Shown one piece after another: positions 30,006 to 39,323 of a DNA stretch of 64,000 bases. The stretch spans positions 46,005 to 110,004 of the forward strand of contig CAWHXY010000005.1 of assembly GCA_963833575.1 (NCBI GenBank), written 5' to 3'. Position 1 is the stretch's first letter. Each line of letters opens with the position of its first letter. This stretch comes from Candidatus Bathyarchaeota archaeon (GTDB lineage Archaea > Thermoproteota > Bathyarchaeia > Bathyarchaeales > Bathycorpusculaceae). A program made the position numbers and the translations under genes. Below the pieces are notes generated by a model. It saw nothing but the letters and a program-made list of their open reading frames with translations. It was not told the origin of the DNA and made no database searches.

Positions 30006-31598
30006 ATGAGCAAAACTGCAGAGATGGCAAGAGTTTCAGCTAAAGGCGGTTTCCACCTCCTATGGGGATTAGTAGTCTCAACGCTCATTTCAGCTGTAGG
30101 AACAATAATTATCGCTCGACTTTTAGGTGCAGATAACTATGGTTTATATACAGTTGCACTTGCTGCTCCAAACTTAATTTCTACTTTTCGTGACTGGGGA
30201 ATAAACGTTGCGATGGTAAAATATTCCGCGCAACACAACAGCGAAAACAACATCACTAAGATAAGAAGTGTTTTTGTTTCTGGATTACTGTTCGAGATAA
30301 TTTTGGGCTTAGCGCTCTCCATCGTTTCTTTTGCCCTATCTGGATTTTTGGCTACGAACTTGAATCGTCCAGCTATTGCACCCCTAATTCAAATAGCTTC
30401 TTTTTTTATCTTGGCAAGTGCACTCGTTAACGCGGCAACTGCAGCTTTCACTGGCATGGAAACAATGCATCTAAACAGCATCTTGTTGATAGTTCAATCT
30501 ATAGCTAAAACTGCACTAATCCTCACTCTTGTACTGTTAGGTTTAGGCACGCTGGGAGCAGTTACGGGCTTCACAATTGCCGTTGTAGTAGCAGGATTAA
30601 CTGGAGTGTTTTTAATGTGGACCATATACAAATCCTTACCTAAACCTGACGAGAGCAAACTAGAAATCATAGCAACAATCAAAACCATGTTCAAATATGG
30701 TTTACCCATATCGATAGGCACAATTCTTATAGGGTTTTTAACTCAATTCTACAGTTACATTTTGGCATTTTTCGTATCAAACAACGCCGCTATTGGTAAT
30801 TATTCCGTAGCGATAAATTTCGTTGTTTTGATTACTTTTTTTGCTACCCCTGTAACAACAATGCTTTTTCCAGCATTCTCCAAGTTGGATGCTCAAAAAG
30901 ATAAAGCTCTTTTTGGAAATATCTTTCAATATTCTGTAAAATATGCTTCTTTTGTTGTTGTGCCAGTTGCAGCTATGGTTATGGCTCTTGCACAGCCGGC
31001 AATAAGTACCATATTCCAAGATAAGTACGCTCAAGCGCCATTGTTTTTAGCTTTGTTGTCAGTCACGTATCTTTATACCGCATTTGGCAGTTTAAGTGTG
31101 GGTAATTTGATAAATGGTCAGGGTTATACAACATTCAACTTGAAAGTCTCTATTCTCACAATCGCTGTTGGTTTTCCATTGAGTTTCATTCTAATATCTA
31201 ACTTTGGCGTCATTGGCCTAATCGTTACCTCATTGACAGTGAGTCTTCCAGGCTTATTTATCAGTCTACGGTTCATCAAACAACGTTTCGGAGTCACGGT
31301 AGATTGGGGTTCTTCAGGGAAAATTCTATTTTCTTCTGCAGTAGCTGCTCTTTCGACTTATATTTTGGTTTCTCGGCTTCCTTTTTCCAGTCTGATAAGT
31401 TTAATTATCGGTGCAATTGTTTTCATCATTATTCTTATCTTTGTTGCACTGGTTACTCGAACCGTTAACAGTGCTGACATTAATAATCTCCGAGACATAG
31501 CAAATGGACTTGGGTACCTGCGAGGACCGTTGAATTTCGTAATTAGTTTACTTGAGAAATTAATGAAAACGTTGCAGCTTAAGAAAAAGACTGATTGA
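30006..31598 (+). CDS. oligosaccharide flippase (Wzx/MOP family)
   Basis: ARLLG...YG.Y, about 14 TMs, LFPAFS. Confidence 0.85.
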   Translation: MSKTAEMARVSAKGGFHLLWGLVVSTLISAVGTIIIARLLGADNYGLYTVALAAPNLISTFRDWGINVAMVKYSAQHNSENNITKIRSVFVSGLLFEIILGLALSIVSFALSGFLATNLNRPAIAPLIQIASFFILASALVNAATAAFTGMETMHLNSILLIVQSIAKTALILTLVLLGLGTLGAVTGFTIAVVVAGLTGVFLMWTIYKSLPKPDESKLEIIATIKTMFKYGLPISIGTILIGFLTQFYSYILAFFVSNNAAIGNYSVAINFVVLITFFATPVTTMLFPAFSKLDAQKDKALFGNIFQYSVKYASFVVVPVAAMVMALAQPAISTIFQDKYAQAPLFLALLSVTYLYTAFGSLSVGNLINGQGYTTFNLKVSILTIAVGFPLSFILISNFGVIGLIVTSLTVSLPGLFISLRFIKQRFGVTVDWGSSGKILFSSAVAALSTYILVSRLPFSSLISLIIGAIVFIIILIFVALVTRTVNSADINNLRDIANGLGYLRGPLNFVISLLEKLMKTLQLKKKTD

Positions 31599-31622
31599 CT
31601 CTACCGACTAACAATCAATTTT

Positions 31623-31832
31623 TTATGAAAGAATCAAATTCTGTTCGGTATTATTCGAAAATGAATCATTTTTATTAGTTTGGAGTAATGCTCTGTACTT
31701 ACCGCAGTATTCTCCCCCGACGTGTGTGCATGTATAGCTTGCGTATGAGTAAAGGGCGCAGGAATGATTGAATTTGCATTGTTTTTCTCGAATAATGATA
31801 GATGGCAGGTCCTTAGGATTGAATATTTTCAT
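31623..31832 (-). CDS. small Cys-rich hypothetical protein
   Basis: MKIFNPK...CKFNHSC..Y....YTCTH.GG.YCGKYR; start chosen at ATG 31832. Confidence 0.5.
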   Translation of the reverse strand: MKIFNPKDLPSIIIREKQCKFNHSCALYSYASYTCTHVGGEYCGKYRALLQTNKNDSFSNNTEQNLILS

Positions 31833-31995
31833 CTCATATCTCAACTCAAAAACAATCAAGTAATTGTTATTCATGTTATTGTTAATAGAAATATGTGGTT
31901 GTATCAATACAGCAACTACAAAAATTTATCAGAAAAACTAAGTTCAAAATCGCAAATCATAATAAAAACTATGACCTACATAGTTAGGGATTGAC

Positions 31996-33054
31996 ATGAA
32001 AGCACTTGTTCTTAGCGGTGGTAAAGGCACTAGGCTTAGACCTTTAACTTTCACATGCGCCAAACAATTAATTCCAGTAGCTAACAAGCCTATTTTGGGG
32101 TATGTGCTTGATCAGGTAGCCTCGACAAATGTTAAAAAAGTCGGCATCATTACTGCACCTGAAACAGGACAATTTGTGAAAGATTACGTTAAAGATGGGT
32201 CAAACTGGAATTTTCAAGTTGATTATATTCCTCAAGAGCCTCTTGGACTAGCACATGCTGTAAAGACTGCAAAGCGATTCTTAGGACAAGATTCTTTTGT
32301 CATGTGCTTAGGCGACAACGTTACTGGTCAAGGTTTAAAGGGCTTTGTGAAGAAATTCAAAAATGAGCATCTTGATGCCCTGATTATTCTTAAAGAAGTG
32401 GAGAATCCGTCAAGTTTTGGTATAGCTCAACTAGATGAAAAAGGTAACATTATCCGGTTGGTCGAGAAGCCTAAGATCCATATGGGTAATCTTGCTATCA
32501 TTGGCACTTACCTTTTTTCAAACAAAGTTCATCAAGCCATTGAAAAGATAAAACCGTCTGGGCGAGGAGAACTGGAAATTACTGATGCTATTCAAGAAAT
32601 GATTGACATGGGCTTTTCAGTTAAAGCAGAAATTCTGAATTCTTGGTGGCTTGACACAGGAAAAAAAGATGATATTCTATCAGCTAACGCCAAAATATTG
32701 GACACCTATATCAAATATGAAGTAAAGGGGAAGGTTACAAATAGCGTTTTAGACGGTAGAGTTCATGTGGAGCCTGATGCAAAAATAGTTAATAGTACAA
32801 TTAGAGGACCATGTATTATTGGAAAAAATGTTTCTATTGAAAACTCTTTTATTGGTCCATTTACGAGCGTTGGCGATTGTTCAGCAATTGTTAATTCTAA
32901 TGTTGAATATTGTGTTATCCAAGAAAACGTTACTATCAAAGATGTGGAGCGTCTAGAAGAGAGTCTAATTGGTAAAAACGCTAAGGTTACAAGAAACCAA
33001 AGAAACAGAACCATCCGATTACATATAGGTGATTTCTCAGAAGTGGAAGTTTAA
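31996..33054 (+). CDS. rmlA: glucose-1-phosphate thymidylyltransferase (long form)
   Basis: GGKGTRLRPLT...KQLIPVANKP, RGELEITDA, WLDTG, C-terminal beta-helix. Confidence 0.92.
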   Translation: MKALVLSGGKGTRLRPLTFTCAKQLIPVANKPILGYVLDQVASTNVKKVGIITAPETGQFVKDYVKDGSNWNFQVDYIPQEPLGLAHAVKTAKRFLGQDSFVMCLGDNVTGQGLKGFVKKFKNEHLDALIILKEVENPSSFGIAQLDEKGNIIRLVEKPKIHMGNLAIIGTYLFSNKVHQAIEKIKPSGRGELEITDAIQEMIDMGFSVKAEILNSWWLDTGKKDDILSANAKILDTYIKYEVKGKVTNSVLDGRVHVEPDAKIVNSTIRGPCIIGKNVSIENSFIGPFTSVGDCSAIVNSNVEYCVIQENVTIKDVERLEESLIGKNAKVTRNQRNRTIRLHIGDFSEVEV

Positions 33055-33117
33055 CCTTAGTATAACAACTATTATAAATATTTTTAAAATATATATTAGC
33101 GAGAAAGCAAGGGGATA

Positions 33118-33624
33118 TTGATGTTACAAGGGATAAAAATTAGGTCAATTAATCGGTTACCTGACGAAAGAGGCTTTTTCTGCGAAGTAATGCGCAAAGA
33201 CTGGAAAGATCTTTTCGCAGAAGATACCGTGGCACAATCTAATTTCTCATTTACTTATCCAAACATTATTCGAGCGTGGCATAGGCATCTTAAAGGTCAA
33301 GTAGACTATTTTTTGGCTTTAAGAGGATCGATAAAAATCGGCGTATTTGACGATAAAACAGAGGAATTGGATGAAGTCATTTCAAGTGCATTAAACTTGC
33401 AGATTGTACGTGTTCCAGGTCATTATTGGCATGGCTTTAAATCTCTTGGAGATGAACCAGCAATGCTTCTTTACTTCACAACTAATTTATATGATCCTTC
33501 CCATCCTGATGAAGAACGCCGACCGTGGAATGATCAAACACTTATCCCTAAAATTGTAAACGGAAAGAAAGATGATGCACGTGTTGGTAAACCTTGGGAT
33601 TGGAATTATCCTCCTAATAAGTGA
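33118..33624 (+). CDS. rmlC: dTDP-4-dehydrorhamnose 3,5-epimerase
   Basis: DERGFF, RAWH.H, HGF. Confidence 0.88.
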   Translation: MMLQGIKIRSINRLPDERGFFCEVMRKDWKDLFAEDTVAQSNFSFTYPNIIRAWHRHLKGQVDYFLALRGSIKIGVFDDKTEELDEVISSALNLQIVRVPGHYWHGFKSLGDEPAMLLYFTTNLYDPSHPDEERRPWNDQTLIPKIVNGKKDDARVGKPWDWNYPPNK

Positions 33625-33630
33625 TGAATT

Positions 33631-34641
33631 ATGAAACTGTTAGTTACTGGTGGTTTAGGTTTTATCGGAAGCAACTTTTGTAGGTACATGCTTGCAAACA
33701 ATCCTGATTATGAATTGATAAATGTGGACAAAATAGGAATAGGTGCTAACCCGGCTAATCTTCATGACATTGAAAATGACAAAAGATACACTTTCATTAA
33801 AGGTGACATTTGTAATCCACAGCTTATGAATAGGCTAATTCACCAAGTGGATGCTGTTGTAAACATCGCGGCGGAAACTCATGTTGACAGGAGCATTGCA
33901 GATCCCTTTGTGTTTTTGCAGAATAATACTCTTGGTACTTTTACTATTTTAGAAGCTATTCGTAAGCATAACCATAAGGCGAGGCTTTTGCAGGTTTCTA
34001 CTGACGAGGTTTACGGAGAAGCTCTTGAAGGATCTTTCACTGAGACTACTCCGCCTAAACCCTCTAATCCTTATTCAGCCTCAAAAGCCGCAGCCGATAT
34101 GTTCGTTTTGTCTTACCATAAGACTTTTGGTTTGAACGTCTCAATCACTCGCTGCACCAATAATTTTGGTCCTTACCAGCTTCCAGAGAAACTTATCCCA
34201 AAAACTATTATCCGAGGGCTCCGCGATCTCCCAATACCTATCTATGGCTCTGGACAAAACATTCGCGATTGGATATATGTTCAAGATCATTGCGAAGCAA
34301 TCGCAACAGTTCTCAAGAACGGTAATGCTGGAGAAATATACAATGTTTCGGCTGGAAACGAAATTCCAAACATTGAAATCGCCAGAAAAATCATTGCATT
34401 ACTGCATAAACCTGAGAGCTTGATTACTTTTGTTGAAGATCGCCCAGGACACGATACTCGGTACAGTTTGGATTCTTCAAAAATAAAGTCTAATTTGGGT
34501 TGGCAAACAAAATTTAGTTTTGAAGAATCTTTGGAGTCAACGGTTCAATGGTATCTAAGTCATGAGCATTGGTGGACACCTTTTGCCACAGAAGTAATTC
34601 TTCATCCAACGCCTTGGAAATTGAGTGGTGCTCTTCATTGA
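33631..34641 (+). CDS. rmlB: dTDP-glucose 4,6-dehydratase
   Basis: GGLGFIGSNF, AAETHVDRSI, STDEVYG, PYSASKA, DRPGHD.RY. Confidence 0.95.
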   Translation: MKLLVTGGLGFIGSNFCRYMLANNPDYELINVDKIGIGANPANLHDIENDKRYTFIKGDICNPQLMNRLIHQVDAVVNIAAETHVDRSIADPFVFLQNNTLGTFTILEAIRKHNHKARLLQVSTDEVYGEALEGSFTETTPPKPSNPYSASKAAADMFVLSYHKTFGLNVSITRCTNNFGPYQLPEKLIPKTIIRGLRDLPIPIYGSGQNIRDWIYVQDHCEAIATVLKNGNAGEIYNVSAGNEIPNIEIARKIIALLHKPESLITFVEDRPGHDTRYSLDSSKIKSNLGWQTKFSFEESLESTVQWYLSHEHWWTPFATEVILHPTPWKLSGALH

Positions 34642-35528
34642 AGCTTTTAATCACCGGCGCTAGTGGCCTTTACGGATCAAAACTGGCTTCGCTTGCTGTT
34701 GAGAAAAATTTTGAGGTTTATTCTTGTGATGTTCAAGAACTACCAGTTTGTGGCAACTTTGTTAAATTTGACGTTTCAAATAAAGAGTTAGTAAATGAAG
34801 CGTTCAAGCGGGTTAAGCCTGACGTTGTAGTTCACGCAGCTACTTTAACAGATGTCGACAAATGTGAACTCAACAAAGAGCTTGCTTGGAAAATAAACGT
34901 TGAAGGCACAAAAAATATTGTGGATGCAGCTAAAAACGTGGGGTCATTTGTAATTTATATTTCAACAGATTACGTTTTCAACGGGGAGAAAGGCAACTAT
35001 GTGGAAAACGATGAGCCGAGCCCGATCAATTATTATGGATTAACTAAGCTTAAAGCCGAAGAACTGGTAAAAGTTCAATTGGAGTATTTTATAGCGCGGC
35101 CAAGCGTAATTTATGGTTCTACTCCGGCGGCTGGAAAGGTCAACTTTGCTCTCTGGCTTATTGAAACACTCCGAAAAGGTGAACATGTCAAGATTATTAC
35201 GGATCAGTGGAATACGCCGACGTTGAACACTAATTTAGCTGAAATGACCCTTGAAGTTATTGAACGAAAGTTAACTGGAACGTTTCATCTTTGCGGTGCC
35301 TCACGTGTTAGTCGATTTGAATTTGCACAATTAATTGCTGAAACCTTTGATTTAGATAAAACTTTGATCGATCCAGTCTTGTCTTCGAAGTTTACTTGGC
35401 CTGCTAAACGTCCTATGGACTCTTCGCTTGACACATCCAAAGCCCAACAAACACTGGCGTACAAGCCTCTGGCTATAGCTGAAGCATTGAAAAGGTTGAA
35501 GCTTGAGCTCGCCGAGAAAAAACATTAA
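34638..35528 (+). CDS. rmlD: dTDP-4-dehydrorhamnose reductase
   Basis: ITGASG..G, T.VD.CE, ISTDYVF.G, Y..TK, A.RP; TTG start overlaps the rmlB stop. Confidence 0.92.
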   Translation: MKLLITGASGLYGSKLASLAVEKNFEVYSCDVQELPVCGNFVKFDVSNKELVNEAFKRVKPDVVVHAATLTDVDKCELNKELAWKINVEGTKNIVDAAKNVGSFVIYISTDYVFNGEKGNYVENDEPSPINYYGLTKLKAEELVKVQLEYFIARPSVIYGSTPAAGKVNFALWLIETLRKGEHVKIITDQWNTPTLNTNLAEMTLEVIERKLTGTFHLCGASRVSRFEFAQLIAETFDLDKTLIDPVLSSKFTWPAKRPMDSSLDTSKAQQTLAYKPLAIAEALKRLKLELAEKKH

Positions 35529-35650
35529 ATGTCATTTTTGACACACAAGCTTGTTCTTTTTTAACTTAAAGCAAAGTGGAAAAATTTCCCTCGCAACATT
35601 CTTTCAAGGCCCAATCAAAAACAATTTTGAGACTATTTTCACTTTACATC

Positions 35651-35745
35651 TCCATTGTCTAATAATGTCTAATATTGTCTCTGCTTGCAATCAATTCAAG
35701 CACTAAACCAAAAAAGCAACCCAAAACAAGCCTTGAAAAAATTGC
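35651..35745 (+). repeat. decamer-array element E1 (3 x 10-bp TGTCT units plus conserved module)
   Basis: tccattgtct aataatgtct aatattgtct, then gcttgcaatcaattcaagcactaaaccaaaaaagcaacccaaaac. Confidence 0.8.
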
Positions 35746-35810
35746 GGCAAAACAGCTTAATATAGACACCTTATTCTTCAACGCCGAGGAACTCCACTAA
35801 GGAGGGTCTC

Positions 35811-35946
35811 AAAATAGGGTAATTCGGGACATTTTGGGACAAATGGGGACGGTTAGGGATAATTCAGGACAAATCTAGACGCAGTCTACAAACATTTCAA
35901 AACCTAAATCAAAAAAGCAATCTAAAATGCAAACAACAAAACTGGC
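35811..35946 (+). repeat. decamer-array element E2 (6-7 x 10-bp GGAC units plus conserved module)
   Basis: aattcgggac attttgggac aaatggggac ggttagggat aattcaggac aaatctagac, then gtctacaaacatttcaaaacctaaatcaaaaaagcaatc. Confidence 0.88.
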
Positions 35947-36061
35947 AACACAGATGTTGTTGTTCTTCTAATGATAATAGTCCAAAATTCATTTACATCA
36001 AGCTCACAAAAATCTCCGCTTAAACACAAGTATTATGTTCAAGCTCAGTTATCTTTTGACT

Positions 36062-36421
36062 GTGAAACACACCAATATTAAGCAGATAGCAAGACAACGC
36101 ATTCAAATCTTGTTTGAGCAGGCAAAGAAGGTTCCCAAAACTGATAACCACTTAGCTTCACAATATATCAAATCTGCAAGGCGCATTGCTATGGCAGCAA
36201 AAATCCGACTGCCCCTTGAATTTCGACGGCAAACCTGCAACAACTGCAACTCGTTGCTTGTGCAAGGATCTAACTGCCGTGTTAGGATAAAGCAGAAAAG
36301 GGAGTCCCATGTTGTAATAACATGTTTAAACTGCGGCAACCAAACCCGCGTATTATTAAGTAAAAAAAGAAGAGGCAAACAACTTGAGCAAAATAACCAC
36401 CCGAATGAAACGTCATGTTAG
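36062..36421 (+). CDS. rnp4: ribonuclease P protein component 4 (Rpp21)
   Basis: IARQRIQILF, CNNC...CRVR...ITCLNCG; start uncertain. Confidence 0.88.
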   Translation: MKHTNIKQIARQRIQILFEQAKKVPKTDNHLASQYIKSARRIAMAAKIRLPLEFRRQTCNNCNSLLVQGSNCRVRIKQKRESHVVITCLNCGNQTRVLLSKKRRGKQLEQNNHPNETSC

Positions 36422-36692
36422 GCATGTTTTGAAAGATGAGAACCCAACAATTTGGGTTGGCAAAGAAGGCTTAACAGATCAATTGATAAGTGAAATTGAG
36501 AAACAACTTCAGAAAAACAAAATGGTGAAAGTTAGAGTTTTACCAGCCGCGCTACAGGGGGACACTACGACCCAGACGATTGCAGTTAAGGCTGCAGAAA
36601 AAACAAATGCCGGTTTAGTGGAAGTTAGAGGTCACGTGTTTATTATTTTTAGAAAACGCAAAGCCGAAGAAAAAGAAGAACCAACATTGTAA
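36384..36692 (+). CDS. yhbY: YhbY/CRM-domain RNA-binding protein
   Basis: PTIWVGKEGL, MVKVR, VEVRG...IFR. Confidence 0.88.
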   Translation: MSKITTRMKRHVRHVLKDENPTIWVGKEGLTDQLISEIEKQLQKNKMVKVRVLPAALQGDTTTQTIAVKAAEKTNAGLVEVRGHVFIIFRKRKAEEKEEPTL

Positions 36693-36755
36693 AACTTCAA
36701 ACACCCAATTATCGTTTTTAATAAAAAAAGGAAAATTAATGGAATTTACGCGTTT

Positions 36756-37313
36756 CTAAAACGGAGTTATTTTATATTTCATTTTGGCTCGGCTGATGTA
36801 TGCCACTAAGGCTGTTGCAGCAACTGCGAAGAAAACGAAAACTAATGCTGTGGGAAATTCTGGAACAGCTGATTGAACAACTACGTTGCCCCACATTCCT
36901 AGTGCAACGTGTCCATCAACTTGGCAAATGTAATAGTAGTTTCCTGCATTACCAACTGTGAAAGTTACTGAGGCACTTGATCCAGCTGGGACTCCATTGC
37001 TAGCTGAGTCAACTTGTGCACTCCACAAGACAGTGGCCGTGGAGGATTTAGCATTTACAATTGCGAAGTTATGAGACATTGTTCCTGCATTATGTAGCGT
37101 GACGGTAACTGAGTCTCCCGATGTAAGCGTCAATGTTGGTCCAGGATTTGAGGTTATGCTGCTGGCGCTGTTTCCAAACCCATAGTGGCTCGAATCTATT
37201 TCTCCTGCATACAATGTTACTTGAGTGGCTGCATGTACCTGACTGATTCCTATTGGAACGGCAAGTAATCCTATAGAGAGTAAAAGTGTTAAAACTAATA
37301 TTGATTTTTTCAT
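36756..37313 (-). CDS. secreted cupredoxin (type 1 copper) with PEF-CTERM-like sorting tail
   Basis: Signal peptide, HNF, YICQVDGHVALGM copper ligands, VPEF + TM + basic tail. Confidence 0.85.
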   Translation of the reverse strand: MKKSILVLTLLLSIGLLAVPIGISQVHAATQVTLYAGEIDSSHYGFGNSASSITSNPGPTLTLTSGDSVTVTLHNAGTMSHNFAIVNAKSSTATVLWSAQVDSASNGVPAGSSASVTFTVGNAGNYYYICQVDGHVALGMWGNVVVQSAVPEFPTALVFVFFAVAATALVAYISRAKMKYKITPF

Positions 37314-37576
37314 AGAAGATTCTCATGTTTTTTAGAGGATATTTACTTTAAAATATTTGTTGTAGCGTCTAGCCTACAACAACCGCTTGCACGGCATTGA
37401 TCCGTAGGCAGTGAATTTCTCTCTTTAAGAGAAGTAAGTTTAGTCGTGATTTGTTCGATACGCATTAATTAAACAGCCATTGGCAGCAATGTTGTTTCAG
37501 CGGATGTTCCTATCAGATAATATTTATATTAGGCTTCATTGTTTAACTGCAAGGAAAAACAAGGGAAAAGATATCT

Positions 37577-38041
37577 TTGACCACTCCTCATGACGTTCCA
37601 GCTTCAAAATTTATCGATCGTTTAGCTAAATATCTTAGGGAAAACGTTGATGAAGTTCAGCCTCTTCCATGGGCAACTTTCGCTAAAACGGGTAACCACG
37701 TAGAAAAACAACCACAAAACCCTAATTGGTGGTACACTCGAAGCGCATCAATACTTCGTAAAGTTTACATTCATGGACCAATCGGTTTAGAGAAACTGCG
37801 TGCAGACTACGGCGGAAGAAAAAATAATGGTGTGAAGAAGAATCATGCTGTCAAAGCAGGCGGCAATAACATCCGCAAGATTCTGCAGCAACTTGAGACT
37901 GCTGGTTTAATTCAAACTACAAAACCTAAAGGTAGAGTTATGTCTCCCAAAGGTCGCAAGCTTCTTCAAGAAGTTGCTGGAGACCTGAATAAAGAAATAG
38001 TTAAAACTGTCCCTGAGCTCAAGAAATATCAAGGCGAATAG
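37577..38041 (+). CDS. rps19e: 30S ribosomal protein S19e
   Basis: KTG..E..P...WWY.R.ASILRK.Y, YGG, R.ILQQLE..G. Confidence 0.96.
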   Translation: MTTPHDVPASKFIDRLAKYLRENVDEVQPLPWATFAKTGNHVEKQPQNPNWWYTRSASILRKVYIHGPIGLEKLRADYGGRKNNGVKKNHAVKAGGNNIRKILQQLETAGLIQTTKPKGRVMSPKGRKLLQEVAGDLNKEIVKTVPELKKYQGE

Positions 38042-38376
38042 TGAAAATGTCGGATGATCAGCTTGACCAGATCCGCAGGCGAAAACTTTCCTCAATGCAG
38101 CAGAGAGTAAGTGATGAGCAAAGGCAAGCTCAAGCAGAACAGCAGGTTGAAGCTCAAAAAAATGCGTTGCTTGCTAAGATATTGGCGCCTGATGCTCGGG
38201 CAAGGTTGAATAATTTGAAGATGGTTAAACCTGAGTTCACTGAGCAGATAGAGATGCAGCTGATTGAAATGGCGCAAACAGGTAAATTGCCTATTCCACT
38301 TTCAGATGCTCAGCTTAAAGGAATATTAATGCAGCTTCAATCACGGAAGCGAGAACCAACTATTAGAAGGATATGA
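38041..38376 (+). CDS. PDCD5-like DNA-binding protein
   Basis: L.P.ARARLNN..MVKP, QLK..L; conserved position after rps19e. Confidence 0.9.
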   Translation: MKMSDDQLDQIRRRKLSSMQQRVSDEQRQAQAEQQVEAQKNALLAKILAPDARARLNNLKMVKPEFTEQIEMQLIEMAQTGKLPIPLSDAQLKGILMQLQSRKREPTIRRI

Positions 38377-38380
38377 AAAT

Positions 38381-38539
38381 ATGGCAAGAGTTAAACCTAC
38401 AGCAAAAAAGCTTAGGCTAGCTAAGGCTGGCAAAGAGGCAACGTCTGTTCCAACATGGGTAATTGCTCGTACAGACGGTAAAGTTAGAAATAACCCTAAG
38501 CAAAGACGAAATTGGCGAACTAGAAAAATAAAGGCATAG
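38381..38539 (+). CDS. rpl39e: 50S ribosomal protein L39e (not in ORF track)
   Basis: Hand translation [52 protein letters not shown]. Confidence 0.95.
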   Translation: MARVKPTAKKLRLAKAGKEATSVPTWVIARTDGKVRNNPKQRRNWRTRKIKA

Positions 38540-38551
38540 GAGTAATTTTAC

Positions 38552-39040
38552 ATGGTTAAAGAAGTCAAAGAAGAGCAGATTAATGCTGAAGACGAAGAAG
38601 AATTACCAGCTTTAACTGAAGAAGAAATGGCTGAGGAAAAAGAGCCTACGGTGGAAGAGGCACTTCCAGCTGAAGTTGAAGAAAAGCCGGTCGAAGAAGA
38701 GGCAAAGGAAGCTGGGCGCAAAAAGAAGAAAGCAGAAGAAGAGATTGTTGAAGAACGAACCTACACTGTTCCCCTCTCAAGAGCGCTGATTAGACCGCCA
38801 AAAAAACGTGCTCCACGCGCCGTACAACTGCTCAAGATCTTCATAACCAAACACATGAAACTTGAAATGAAGGTTTCCGAAGAAGAGGAAGAAGAAGAGT
38901 TACCTCAACTTATCATAAGCCAAGAAGTAAACCAGAAAATCTGGGACCGAGGCATCGAGAAACCTCCACGAAAGATTCGGGTTCGAGCAGCAAAAGATAA
39001 AGATGGCAACGTTACCGTCTACTTAGCTGAAGCCCAATAA
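38552..39040 (+). CDS. rpl31e: 50S ribosomal protein L31e with acidic N-terminal extension
   Basis: ERTYTVPL, KRAPRAV, N..IW.RGIEKPPRKIRV. Confidence 0.92.
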   Translation: MVKEVKEEQINAEDEEELPALTEEEMAEEKEPTVEEALPAEVEEKPVEEEAKEAGRKKKKAEEEIVEERTYTVPLSRALIRPPKKRAPRAVQLLKIFITKHMKLEMKVSEEEEEEELPQLIISQEVNQKIWDRGIEKPPRKIRVRAAKDKDGNVTVYLAEAQ

Positions 39041-39118
39041 CTATTTTTCTTTAGTTTCATTTATCTTTGTTTTGCGTCGCTACTGGAATAAGCCAAGTTT
39101 ATTCTCTGGTTTATTGTT

Positions 39119-39240
39119 GAAAATTTTTTCTTTGTTTTTAAGGTTGCTTTTTTGATTTAGGGTTTGTAGCGTTTGCAGGTCATGTGCTGGAATGTGCCAG
39201 AATGTGCTAGGATGTGCTGGGGTGTGGTGTTCTGTGCTGT
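39119..39240 (-). repeat. decamer-array element E3 (6 x 10-bp GCACA units plus conserved module)
   Basis: + strand catgtgctgg aatgtgccag aatgtgctag gatgtgctgg ggtgtggtgt tctgtgctgt; minus-strand module acctgcaaacgctacaaaccctaaatcaaaaaagcaacc. Confidence 0.88.
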
Positions 39241-39323
39241 TAGTGTTTTTGGCACAAGATCTATCATCAGTTTCCACTTCTTAAAAGCGCAAAGTTCAGT
39301 TTGCTGTTTTGTTGGCAGTTGAT

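Noticed and set aside
101-34423. Many short antisense or nested ORFs in the track (e.g. 101-409, 1275-1652, 7390-7698, 29448-29822)
   Set aside because: Shadow frames of well-supported genes.
35811-35880. 10-bp arrays as a CRISPR array
   Set aside because: Units are 10 bp with no unique spacers, and no cas genes are in the window.
39080-39277. 65-aa ORF over E3, and 61-aa ORF 60168-60353
   Set aside because: The first is read through a 10-bp (non-triplet) repeat; the second is antisense to the AbrB-like gene.
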